Program-made: the position numbers and the translations under genes
Shown here: positions 20,597-29,949 of the stretch, in pieces
Position numbering within the stretch: the first letter of the stretch is position 1
Layout of the letters: each line of letters starts with the position of its first letter
From: Acidimicrobiia bacterium
GTDB taxonomy: Bacteria; Actinomycetota; Acidimicrobiia; Spongiisociales; ZC4RG35
Length of the DNA stretch: 64,000 bases
Reading direction: 5' to 3'
Assembly (NCBI GenBank): GCA_965215185.1
Contig: OZ244034.1
Span: 2,240,001 to 2,304,000 of the forward strand
The notes under the pieces: generated by a model
What the model was told of the DNA's origin: nothing
The model's input: the letters and a program-made list of their open reading frames with translations, nothing else
Databases searched by the model: none

Positions 20597-21766
20597 ATGA
20601 AAAGGCGAAGAGTTGCCGTGACCGGCCTGGGGGTGGTCGCCGGTCCGGGCTTGGGGGTGGAGGCCTTTTGGGAAGGCTTGACCAAGGATCCCGGGAAGGG
20701 GCCCTTCACCATCGACAACTGGGATCCCTCGGCATGGATACCTCGCCGCGAGGCCCGACGGCTGGACCTGTTTTCCCAATACGCGCGGGTAGCCGCCCAC
20801 GAAGCGCTGGAGATGGCGGGAGACCATGGGACCGACCCCTCGCGGTCGGGAGCTTGCGTGGGGACCGGAATCGGAGGGATGCAATCGTTCGAGGATTTGG
20901 TGAACGCGGTCTACCACAGTGAAAAGCCGCGTCCCTCGCCGCTGTCCATTCCCATGATGATGGGCAACGCCGCCGCCGCCGCCATTTCCATCACCTTCGG
21001 GTTTCTGGGGCCGGCCACCACCCAAACCCTGGCCTGCGCGGCGGGCGCCCAGGCGATCTGCGATGCTCTGCGCCAAGTGCAATGGGGTTATACCGACCTG
21101 ATGGTGGCGGGCGGATCCGAAGCAGCCGTTCGTCCGGCTACCATCGCCGGTTTCCGAGTCGCCCGTGCCCTCTCCCCAACCGACGAATCCCGACCCTTCG
21201 ACGCCAACCGCAACGGATTCGTGGTGGGGGAAGGCGCCGCCATGATGGTTCTGGAGGAGTGGGAGCAAGCTCGAAGGCGAGGCGCCCACATCCTGGCCGA
21301 ATTGCTGGGAGGGGGAACCAGTTCCGACGCACACCACATCACCGCTCCCCACCCCGAGGGGGACGGAGCCCGCCGAGCGATCCTGTGGGCTTTGGAGGAC
21401 GCTGGAGCCACTCCCGATCAGGTGGGCTACATCAACGCCCATGGCACCGCCACTCCGCTCAACGATGTGGGCGAGGGGCGAGTTGTCTCCGCCATCTGGG
21501 GTGACGACCAACCGTTGGTCTCCTCTATCAAGGGAACTACCGGCCACGCCTTGGGCGCCAGCGGAGGGATCGAGGCAGTGGCGTCGGTGCTGGCCATCAA
21601 TCGAAAGCAAGTCCCCCCCAACATCGGCCTGCGGGAACCCGATCCCCAGATACCCCTGCGGCGAATCGTGACGGAGCGGCAGAGTTGGGAGCCAGGTTTG
21701 GCAGTCTCCAATTCTTTCGGTTTCGGGGGCCACAACACGGTGTTGGTGTTCGGTCCGGGATCCTGA
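20597..21766 (+). CDS. fabF: Beta-ketoacyl-ACP synthase II
   Basis: Catalytic Cys (LACAAG), NAHGTAT, KGTTGHALGA, SNSFGFGGHN. Confidence 0.9.
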   Translation: MKRRRVAVTGLGVVAGPGLGVEAFWEGLTKDPGKGPFTIDNWDPSAWIPRREARRLDLFSQYARVAAHEALEMAGDHGTDPSRSGACVGTGIGGMQSFEDLVNAVYHSEKPRPSPLSIPMMMGNAAAAAISITFGFLGPATTQTLACAAGAQAICDALRQVQWGYTDLMVAGGSEAAVRPATIAGFRVARALSPTDESRPFDANRNGFVVGEGAAMMVLEEWEQARRRGAHILAELLGGGTSSDAHHITAPHPEGDGARRAILWALEDAGATPDQVGYINAHGTATPLNDVGEGRVVSAIWGDDQPLVSSIKGTTGHALGASGGIEAVASVLAINRKQVPPNIGLREPDPQIPLRRIVTERQSWEPGLAVSNSFGFGGHNTVLVFGPGS

Positions 21767-21788
21767 AAGCCCGGCCGGGAGACGGCCA

Positions 21789-22253
21789 TTGTTTTTCATC
21801 GTCCTCTACCAACCCGAGATTCCCCCCAACACCGGCGCCATCATGCGGCTGGCCGCTAACACCGGCTGCCGGCTCCATCTGATCGAGCCACTGGGTTTCG
21901 AAATGTCCGATGCCCGGTTACGGCGAGCAGGCATGGACTATCGGGATAAGGCGGTGACAAAGGTTCACGAAAGCGTGTCAGACTGGTTGGAAGCCACCCG
22001 ACCGCCTCGGGTGATCGCCTTTTCACCCCATGGCAGCCGGTGGCATTCCGACTTGGACTATCAATCGGGCGACGCCCTGCTGTTCGGTCCCGAATCGGTG
22101 GGCCTACCACCCGAAGTGCTATCGGCCCCCTGGGTGGATCACACAGTCCGCATCCCTATGCTGCCCGACGTGCGAAGCCTAAACCTGGCCAACTCAGCAG
22201 CCATCGCCGTCTACGAAGCCTGGCGTCAACAGCACCATCGAGGAGCAATCTGA
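21789..22253 (+). CDS. trmL: tRNA (cytidine/uridine-2'-O)-methyltransferase
   Basis: PEIPPNTG, LRRAGMDY, FGPESVGL, RSLNLANS (SpoU fold). Confidence 0.93.
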   Translation: MFFIVLYQPEIPPNTGAIMRLAANTGCRLHLIEPLGFEMSDARLRRAGMDYRDKAVTKVHESVSDWLEATRPPRVIAFSPHGSRWHSDLDYQSGDALLFGPESVGLPPEVLSAPWVDHTVRIPMLPDVRSLNLANSAAIAVYEAWRQQHHRGAI

Positions 22254-22259
22254 TCCCCA

Positions 22260-22920
22260 CCACCAACTGAAGTCGGCAAAAGCGGGACTGTGTCGCGAAA
22301 GTCGGGGTGGGTTTGTTTCCTGTTGGGTTCCCTCCCCCGCCGCCTCCTTGCCGTTGTTTTCGCGAATTGTCCAGGTTTGGGTGGGGCTGGTGTTTCGCGG
22401 TTTGGGTTGTTCCGGTCCGAGTTGAGCTCGGGTTTTCGGGTCCGGTGGGTGTTTGGTAGCTGTTGATTAGTGTGGGTTGGTAGGAGGGTGAGGTTCCCCA
22501 CGCCCGTGCGCAACGCTCTTGGAGTTGCTGCTCCAACCTCGACACACCATCATCACCCGAACGATCCCGCTCACGCTTACGCGCAGCACCAGCGAACACA
22601 TCAACCGGCTGCCTTTTGGCCAGGTCCACCAACTCTTCCTCGTCTATGTTCACCCACTCAGCAGCCTTGGCGATGATCCGCGCGTGGTCATAAGAAACCT
22701 CACCCTTCCCGACAGCTCCCGCAACGCCCTTTCGGATTCGGCCTCGGCCTTCACCTCACTGGCGGTGCGCATCAACTCTTCCAAACCCGCCAACGAAGCC
22801 CCCACCACCGGCGCCGACGGCAACACCACCCGCATCCGATAGCCACACAAGCCATCACGGAGGAACCCTGCTTGGACTGTTCACTTCCCGTACACCCAAC
22901 ATACAACAGGCCTGTGATAA
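22260..22920 (-). mobile_element. Internally deleted DUF222/HNH (REP13E12-like) element remnant
   Basis: Frameshifted pieces GLEELMRTASEVKAEAE / GEVSYDHARIIAKAAE...DEEELVDLAKRQPVDVF...DDGVSRLEQQ resemble DUF222 N-termini, followed by a low-complexity tail; no HNH motif remains. Confidence 0.65.
22898..22919 (-). promoter_or_regulatory. PafBC/RecA-NDp-like DNA-damage promoter
   Basis: TATCAC-N10-TATGTT versus consensus TGTCGG-N10-TA-N3-T. Confidence 0.45.
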
Positions 22921-22992
22921 ACCTGTCGCTAACTAATGCTATATGGTATCAAAACCCTACATCACACTGGATAGGGGTGACAATTCGGTGAT

Positions 22993-24525
22993 CTACATCG
23001 GGAATTCTCGGTCGATCTCCTCCTGCGTCCAATACCCCTCGATGGGACGGGAGCCGTCTTCTCTTCCATAGTGCCCCAACCGCACGCTGTCCCACTGGTC
23101 AAATATTTCGACCGCGTCGAAAACGCTCCTGGGACCGACCGCCTTGAGAACCTTCCAGCCCTCGCTGCCCAGCTTGGGAAGATTGGAAGTCAGGATCAAC
23201 AGTTGTGGCTCCAACTGGGCCACACGGAGAACGTGTGCCCTACCCAGCGCCTTCCACAGCGTGTCGGTGCGTTGCAGGCCCGGCCTGACGGTGGTGAAAG
23301 CCCCTGACACATCCACATACCACTGCTGGCCTCGCCGATTGGCAACCAGAAATTTGTACTGAATACCCACCATGGCAATCTTCGGGTTGGTTGTGATGAT
23401 CCTAAAACCCGCATTCTCCAAAGCCGCCCGCGCCAAATCCTGCACCTTCTTGCCCTCTCGCACCGCCCGAGCCTGAAAATCCTCGCTGGAAGCGCGAATC
23501 CGGGAGGCATTGCCCGACCGTGGGGTTCCCTTGACTGTCCCATACTGGTCAGGCTCCTGGTCCAACAGTGTTGGCCGCCGTTGGGCCCGCTCCAGCCTGG
23601 CGCGGGCCATGTCCACGTATTCGGACTTAATATCGTATCCGACCCCTCGCCGCCAAGCCTTGTGAGCAGCCACCAAGGTCGTTCCCGATCCCATGAAGGG
23701 GTCCAACACCAAGTCATCCTCATAGGTGTAGAGATCAATGAGTCGCAAAGGCAGTTCCACAGGGAATGGAGCGGGGTGGGAAACGCGACGGGCGCTCTCC
23801 GCGGGAATCTCCCACACATCGAGGGTGGCTTCCACAAACTCGTCGTTGGGAAGCGAGGCAACACTGGGAAGGCCTGCCTTCTGGCGGGCGGAACGAGTCT
23901 TGGCCCGGTCGAACCGGCCCTTGCTGGCCACGATGATCCTCTCGGTGGTGTCACGAAGCACCGGATTGGATGGCTGCCGAAAAGAACCCCAGGCGACCAC
24001 CCCTCCCATCGCCTTGGACTTTCGCCAGATGATCTCCCCCCGCATGAGCAGACCCAGGTCCTCGAATATCTTGATGACATCGGCCGAGAGGCTGCGGTAG
24101 GGCTTGCGGCCCAGATTGGCCACATTGACAGCAATCCGCCCTCCCGGTTCCAGCACCCGGATGCATTCATAGAAAGAGTCATACAGCAGTTGGAGGTATT
24201 CCCGATAAGTCCTCGGCAACCCGGCGACCACCGAGTTGGGCTGCGCCGCCTGAAGAATCTCGTTCTCATATGTTTTCCCCACGAAGTAAGGAGGTGAGGT
24301 AACCACCAGGGCGACAGACCGATCAGGAATCTGCTGCATCCTCCGCGCATCGCCCAGAATCGGTCCTTCGGTTTCCGGACGAGAGCCGATCCGATCGTCC
24401 TTATCGATAACAGGCGGGTTAAAACGCGCGTAGAAAGCCGACGAATCGTGGCTTTCTCTACGGCCTGCACCAAAAGCAGAGGTGCTGGTGGGGCGTCGTC
24501 GAGGTCGGGTATCTCGATCTGCCAT
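22993..24525 (-). CDS. Beta-class N4/N6 DNA methyltransferase with C-terminal putative nuclease-fold domain
   Basis: Motif IV VVTSPPY precedes HPAPFP and motif I LDPFMGSGTT; extra about 150-aa domain (LENAGF...WYVDVSGAFT...RTDTLWKALG). Confidence 0.88.
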   Translation of the reverse strand: MADRDTRPRRRPTSTSAFGAGRRESHDSSAFYARFNPPVIDKDDRIGSRPETEGPILGDARRMQQIPDRSVALVVTSPPYFVGKTYENEILQAAQPNSVVAGLPRTYREYLQLLYDSFYECIRVLEPGGRIAVNVANLGRKPYRSLSADVIKIFEDLGLLMRGEIIWRKSKAMGGVVAWGSFRQPSNPVLRDTTERIIVASKGRFDRAKTRSARQKAGLPSVASLPNDEFVEATLDVWEIPAESARRVSHPAPFPVELPLRLIDLYTYEDDLVLDPFMGSGTTLVAAHKAWRRGVGYDIKSEYVDMARARLERAQRRPTLLDQEPDQYGTVKGTPRSGNASRIRASSEDFQARAVREGKKVQDLARAALENAGFRIITTNPKIAMVGIQYKFLVANRRGQQWYVDVSGAFTTVRPGLQRTDTLWKALGRAHVLRVAQLEPQLLILTSNLPKLGSEGWKVLKAVGPRSVFDAVEIFDQWDSVRLGHYGREDGSRPIEGYWTQEEIDREFPM

Positions 24526-24704
24526 ATCCCAAATCCTAAGAGACAGCCTCGCCCAGCCGAGGGAACCTCTTATCGGTGTCCCCTTTGCCATACGATAAGA
24601 TCCTTCTCTCCCGAATCCAGTAAGTTTCGGATTGTCCCGGAAAAGGGGAAATTCTGCGAACAGGACTGGACCACATTAGAAGGCAATCGGCCTGGCTGGC
24701 GATC

Positions 24705-25991
24705 ATGTTGGTGGTTGCAGCCTGCTCGTCCCCATCGGACCAGATCTCCACCATTGCAACACCGCCAAGTGAAGACCTCCCGAGGCCATCCTCCGCCGCC
24801 ACTGCTCCTGCAACCACCCAGGCGGTGGCCACCGACAAACCGTCTACGGAACGACCCAACAACACCTCATCCAGGGACGCTGCCGAAGAAACTACCAATT
24901 CATCTGCCTCCACTTCCTCAGCCACCGCCACTCTTGCAACCGAGCCAGACCAGGTTCTGTCGACCACCATCATCCAGGCAGAGCCTCCCAAGACTCTGCG
25001 ATTCGTCGAAGTCGCCAAAGGAGCGCGAAACCCGATCTTCCTCACCGCTTCCCCAGGCGCCGGTCATTCCTATCTGGCTGAACAGGGGGGACGAATCCAC
25101 TACATGACCAACGACCAGCTAGCCGACCGCCCGGTCTTGGACATCACCGGAAAGGTGACCTTCCGTGGAGAGCAGGGTCTACTGGGCATAGCGCTCCACC
25201 CGCTCCAGCCCACCCGTCTGTTCGTCCACTACAGCGATCGGATCGGCCACACCGTGGTCTCCGAGTTCTCTTTGTCCAATAACGGGAAGATAGCCGACCC
25301 CGACTCGGAGACGATCATCTTCACCGCCACCCAACCAGCCACCAACCACAACGGCGGAATGATCCAGTTCGGACCCGACGGCTACCTATATCTGGGGCTG
25401 GGCGACGGCGGCCGAGGCGGTGACTACTACGGCCATGGCCAACGCCCCGACACACCTTTGGCGGCCTTGGTCCGTATAGACCCCGATCAAGCAACTTCGC
25501 AGGTGTGGTGGTACGGCCTCCGCAATCCCTGGCGGTTCTGGATAGACGAGCCGACCGGCTTGACCTACATAGCCGATGTCGGCCAGGACGCCTATGAAGA
25601 GATAGATGTAGCACCGCTGTCCGAGCAAAGCCTCAACTTCGGATGGCCCATCACCGAGGGCCTGCATTGCTACAACCCAGCCAAGGGCTGCGACACCACC
25701 GAGCTCACAATGCCGGTGTTGGAGATCGCCCACCACGACTCCGGAACCTGCTCGATAACCGGCGGAGTCGTCTACCGAGGACCGCTCATGCCCGGCCTCT
25801 GGGGCCACTATTTCTACTCCGACTACTGCGGCAGCTACCTCCGCAGCTTCCACTGGAACGGTACTCTGGCCACCGACCTGCAGGAATGGGCCCCCGACCT
25901 GGGCGCCGTGGTCTCTTTCGGAACCGACGGCTTCGCAGAGATGTACGTCCTTACCACCGACAGAGTTTACCGTATCGAGCCCGGGTCTTGA
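24705..25991 (+). CDS. PQQ-dependent sugar dehydrogenase (GSDH family) lipoprotein
   Basis: Lipobox VAAC, S/T/A linker, GEQGLLGIALHP, NHNGG...FGPDGYLYLGLGDGG, YGLRNPWR, ADVGQ. The true start may be slightly upstream. Confidence 0.9.
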   Translation: MLVVAACSSPSDQISTIATPPSEDLPRPSSAATAPATTQAVATDKPSTERPNNTSSRDAAEETTNSSASTSSATATLATEPDQVLSTTIIQAEPPKTLRFVEVAKGARNPIFLTASPGAGHSYLAEQGGRIHYMTNDQLADRPVLDITGKVTFRGEQGLLGIALHPLQPTRLFVHYSDRIGHTVVSEFSLSNNGKIADPDSETIIFTATQPATNHNGGMIQFGPDGYLYLGLGDGGRGGDYYGHGQRPDTPLAALVRIDPDQATSQVWWYGLRNPWRFWIDEPTGLTYIADVGQDAYEEIDVAPLSEQSLNFGWPITEGLHCYNPAKGCDTTELTMPVLEIAHHDSGTCSITGGVVYRGPLMPGLWGHYFYSDYCGSYLRSFHWNGTLATDLQEWAPDLGAVVSFGTDGFAEMYVLTTDRVYRIEPGS

Positions 25992-26124
25992 GTTCCGCGG
26001 GGGAAGGTGTTTGATCAGGGGCTGGTTTAGCCGCGAGTGGAGCGCCCCGTTGACGGAGCGAACAGAACCCGGTGCGGGGCTACTGCGGCAGTACCTACGC
26101 CCCCACACCCTCTCCATCATCGCT

Positions 26125-26530
26125 CTCACCGTGCGAGCTTCGATTGCGACAGTGTGCACACGTTGTTTCCACATGGCTTGGTTGGCGAACCGGAAGGCAT
26201 CAAACGCGTCAGCGTCGTTGCACATGAGGTCGATCCCGTCCGCAATGGCGTTGGCGACCTTCTCAGCTTGGGCGATGGCGTCTCGGGCGGTCTGCTCATG
26301 TCCGGCGAGTCGGGCATCAGGGTCGCCGATCTGGGACAGTTGCCCTTTGAGCCATGTCCGATAGCCCTCGGCTAGCGGCAATAGAGCCAGGCGCAGTGGC
26401 TCAGGATCCAGCTCAGCTAGCACCTGCATGTCGGTGACCAACCCGGCGCGTTGTGGCACCAACTCGGGGCGGGGAGCGTCAGTGCGCCACACCTCATGTC
26501 TAGGGAGGACGGCTGTCCCGGTGCGCACGC
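26125..26530 (-). pseudogene. Internal fragment of a DISARM DrmA-like helicase
   Basis: TAVLPRHEV...DMQVLAEL...LAEGYRTW...IADGIDLM...AFRFANQAMWKQR resembles the segment of DrmA preceding its helicase core; the helicase motifs are absent. Confidence 0.7.
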
Positions 26531-26544
26531 CCGGTGAGGATCAC

Positions 26545-27212
26545 CAGCGGAGGGTTTGTGGATCATTCCCTGTACCTGCCCCAAGCTGACCGCACTCGTT
26601 TCTTCGACGGCCTGCTGAGATCCGTTGGGTTAGCCAGCAGGACGGAACCCAACACTTACGTCAGGCTCTTCTTGGACATCTTTGTGCTCGGAGCACCTCA
26701 CATGAGCCTTCGCGATATAGAACAGGCCATATACCACCTCGGCATAGTCCTGCATACAATCCCAAGCGATCCTAACCCATTCGAGATACCTCTGGACATC
26801 CTCGCCGCGACCCTGATGGTGTTCCGCATGGTTGCCTCGGACACTTATCAGGCAGTTCACCCGAGGCGAAACCTCCGACTTTGACGCCCTGAACGCCTTG
26901 GGTGCTCTCATCAAGCACGCCGACGACTACTGGTGGCAGAACCCGAATTGCTCCTATTTGAGGGTCTGGATCAAAATGGAAGCCATCTTGATTGGCTGGG
27001 GTAGACACATAAGCGGCTCATGGCAGGCAGATACGCCGCTGCTGCAACACCGCCGCGCGGAGGCAGAAGACTCAGACAACACTTACGCAGCTGCTGTGGT
27101 CAGACAGGCCCAGGCCGTAGTGAGCAACAGTCAGTATTCTCGTGTATTGTCGCTCATAGACATGATCGCCTACGACCCCCCGAGTCAGAAACGAGCCGCT
27201 TTTCCTATGTAG
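26545..27212 (+). pseudogene. C-terminal fragment of a KAP-family P-loop NTPase, frameshifted
   Basis: (R)FVDHSLYLP and SLRDIEQ resemble the KAP C-terminal motifs; frameshift near 26850 joins ORFs 26534..26884 and 26832..27212; no Walker A. Confidence 0.6.
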
Positions 27213-27411
27213 TTGCCTGGGCCAGTCCTGTTTGTGGCTCTAGAGCGGCAACACAACCTCCCATTCAGGGATGCTATCCGGGAAAGTACATGCGGAGACC
27301 TTCTCAACACAGTGTTTCGGGTTCTTGATCTCACCATGGGTGACCCCTAACTCCACAACTGGCTTTCGAGTTCGCCTCCCTCGCCCAGGGGTCGGTGTTT
27401 AGCGCCAACTC

Positions 27412-29406
27412 TTATGGGGTGAGCCTTCGCCACCGGCTTTTTGGGCGTAGGGCCTGTTTGAGGAAGTCTTCCAGGGGCCTTTTGTGCAACACGGTTCGGT
27501 CGCCGCCGGTCGAGGCTTCATTGATAAGCGTGGAGGGCAGATCGTCCCATCCGAAGCGGCGCCTGCCGAAGGCGTCACGTTGCTCCCACACGATGACATG
27601 GTTGCCGTCGATGGTCCAGCCGTTGGGGGCATCGCCTTCCTTTCGGGTGTAGGCTGAAGGCCGAAGGAGGGCGAGGATCCGATCTCTCACCCGATCGTAG
27701 CGTTTGTCGGCGTAATCTATCCAGGACAGTTCCCGACACCAGGGAGGGGCAGCTCCGTCTGATGCCTCCGCCAGGATGCCGCCGAGCGCGGCCGAGGAGA
27801 CCGCCAACCAGTCTTCGGGAAGACTCTCCTCTTCCAGGCGAGCCATGACATCCACCAAATAGCGTCGATAGAGGTGGCCGGTTAGGTCTCTACGGATTTG
27901 CTGGACACGACTGTGCAGACGTTGCCGCAGGCCTTCGTTGTGGGCGGGCAGGGCGGTGGTGGTGTAGATCATCATGCTGCGTTTGGTGACCTCGTCAGGG
28001 AAGGAATGAGGCTCGGCGTTCATCGACAACACGATCCCCGGATACTCAGTGACCGCGGGCGGGAAGTCGTTTTTGATCATGTCTTTGCCGTGTTGATTAA
28101 AGGCTCTCCGCCCAATGTCGTCGAAGACCACCGGGTGACGCCGGTAAGCGTGCTGCAGACCGCGCAGACGGGCGGCGGTGAAACTGCTCTTGTCGACAGT
28201 GTGGGGGCGACCGAACATAGAGGTGGTCAAAGTGTCCACCAGGCTGGTCTTGCCACAGTTGGACTTGCCGAAGATAATGGCGAAACAGGGGTAACGAACC
28301 ACATCGCTGTCCCGCAGGAAAGCCAGCGAACGCAGGTCGCACATGAAAGGCGAGAAATACAGCCAGCCCATTAGCGTGAAATAGTCCCGTTGGAGGGTCG
28401 GTACATCTCCCTCGAAGGCCTCTTCGTAGTTGCCGAAGAAATCCATTATCAATCTGGCGTCGGTACCAACCGAGGTGTCGTTCCAACGCAACGAGAACTC
28501 CTCTCCGGAAAGCGACGCCTTACCGGTGGCTCTGTCGATGGAGAAATAGCGATGGTCTACTTCGTCGCTGGTTTTCACCAGTTGGATGCGGCTCAACTCC
28601 CGCTTGATTTTGGGTGTGATCCTCTGTTTGCCGCCTCGGAAATTGGGTATGGCTGCGGACAGACGCGGTTTCAATATAGCCGCAACCTTCTCAACGCGCT
28701 CGATCTGCGCCGGGGCAGACATCTCAACCTCTGCAGGCTCGGGAGCGTCAATTATCACAGTGGACGAAGAGTCCGACAGCACCGGCGTCTCCGGTATCTC
28801 AATCTCGGCTTGGACAATCCGGTCCCTGGGCAGCGGTATCTCGTCGGAGCCCATGTCACGGATGGCCTCGAACATGCGGCTGTAATGACTCCAAGCGCCC
28901 TCGTCGTTGTCGAAAACGACCAGAGTTTCGGGCTGGATCCCCGAGAAGGCCCGTTCGGACAGGTTGGCGGAACCGACCACGACCCTAGTACGGCGGCCGC
29001 TGGACAGCAGGTACAACTTGGCGTGTGCTACCGAGTTGCGAAGCACCCAAAACCTGGCCTCGCCAGCGACGATACTTTCCAAGATACGGTGGTGCCGGCT
29101 GTCTTCAAGTCCCATGATCGCCGCCCGCGTCTGTCCAGTCACTAACTTTTGAAAAGCGAGCACCTCCAAAAAGCCGCCGAGCGTGACCTCGCTCCCGAAA
29201 ACACACTCGAAGCTGCCGAAAGAAAAGTCGTCCAACATCCTGACAACGGCCGGGACGCTGGCCGAGAAAGTCAGCACCCGCAAGCTCTCAAACCCCTGGA
29301 ACAACTCCCAGTCGAACTTCTCCTCGTTTATGAAACTCGCCCGGACTACCCGAAGTCCGGCGCCGTCGTCCAATGCGAGACTCTGCGAAAGTGTTGGCGG
29401 TGGCAT
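27412..29406 (-). CDS. PLD-family (single HKD) nuclease fused to a P-loop ATPase; NgoFVII-like
   Basis: AHAKLYLL...VVVGSANLS...QPE at the N-terminus; Walker A GKSNCGKTS and Walker B PVVFDD; AAGGAGG RBS. Confidence 0.85.
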   Translation of the reverse strand: MPPPTLSQSLALDDGAGLRVVRASFINEEKFDWELFQGFESLRVLTFSASVPAVVRMLDDFSFGSFECVFGSEVTLGGFLEVLAFQKLVTGQTRAAIMGLEDSRHHRILESIVAGEARFWVLRNSVAHAKLYLLSSGRRTRVVVGSANLSERAFSGIQPETLVVFDNDEGAWSHYSRMFEAIRDMGSDEIPLPRDRIVQAEIEIPETPVLSDSSSTVIIDAPEPAEVEMSAPAQIERVEKVAAILKPRLSAAIPNFRGGKQRITPKIKRELSRIQLVKTSDEVDHRYFSIDRATGKASLSGEEFSLRWNDTSVGTDARLIMDFFGNYEEAFEGDVPTLQRDYFTLMGWLYFSPFMCDLRSLAFLRDSDVVRYPCFAIIFGKSNCGKTSLVDTLTTSMFGRPHTVDKSSFTAARLRGLQHAYRRHPVVFDDIGRRAFNQHGKDMIKNDFPPAVTEYPGIVLSMNAEPHSFPDEVTKRSMMIYTTTALPAHNEGLRQRLHSRVQQIRRDLTGHLYRRYLVDVMARLEEESLPEDWLAVSSAALGGILAEASDGAAPPWCRELSWIDYADKRYDRVRDRILALLRPSAYTRKEGDAPNGWTIDGNHVIVWEQRDAFGRRRFGWDDLPSTLINEASTGGDRTVLHKRPLEDFLKQALRPKSRWRRLTP

Positions 29407-29418
29407 CAGAGTGGGTTA

Positions 29419-29849
29419 CTACCTCCTTGACAGCAGACAGTAATAGGCGACATTCCCGGAATCGGCGGACCCTACGAACAGAGTATCCCTCTGCTTGCTG
29501 GGCGACTGTCCGGCGAAGTAAAAACCGGAGACATTTCCGAACACGATGTTTCGGAATGCCGAATCGGACCAGGGCTTCTCCCTGACAGCGAAGAACAGGC
29601 CCACTGTCTCAAGAGACAGACCATCGGGCCAGAGGCAGCCAAAGACCAGATGGGATCATGACATGGAGCGGGGTGTTCGTAGTAAAGGGGACATCGAGCG
29701 ATGAACCGGCCGGTCTTCGGACCACGCAAGCGTCCGGTGTTCAGGTAATCCCTCCCGTAGGGATAATCAGGATGGAGGCGCGGATGTGGAGAAGAGGGTC
29801 GGTTCTCGGGTGCGGGACTTCCGGGCATCCTGTTCGTTTCCTGTATCAT
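29419..29849 (-). other. Orphan, possibly frameshifted leaderless ORF upstream of the PLD-ATPase gene
   Basis: ATG at 29849 lies 7 nt after a -10 element; overlapping ORFs 29472..29885 and 29419..29604; no recognisable domain. Confidence 0.3.
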
Positions 29850-29856
29850 GTCGCTC

Positions 29857-29878
29857 ATTCTGCCCAGGGGGTGTGACA
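29857..29878 (-). promoter_or_regulatory. PafBC/RecA-NDp-like promoter
   Basis: TGTCAC-N10-CAGAAT followed 7 nt later by ATG. Confidence 0.5.
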
Positions 29879-29949
29879 GTTTCACCCGCCACCAGATCGG
29901 ACCTGTTTAAACCCAGCCAGAGCCCTCTTGTCCCTGGTGGTTGCGGTGC

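Noticed and set aside
23196-24473. 425-aa alternate-frame ORF within the MTase, and similar long shadow ORFs elsewhere
   Set aside because: No motifs; expected from high-GC codon bias overlapping well-supported genes.
25386-26528. 380-aa minus-strand ORF as a real gene
   Set aside because: Only the first about 130 aa look like DrmA; the rest is antisense read-through of the sugar dehydrogenase.
29538-29555. LexA box-like CCGAACACGATGTTTCGG
   Set aside because: Spacing does not fit the actinobacterial CGAAC-N4-GTTCG consensus.
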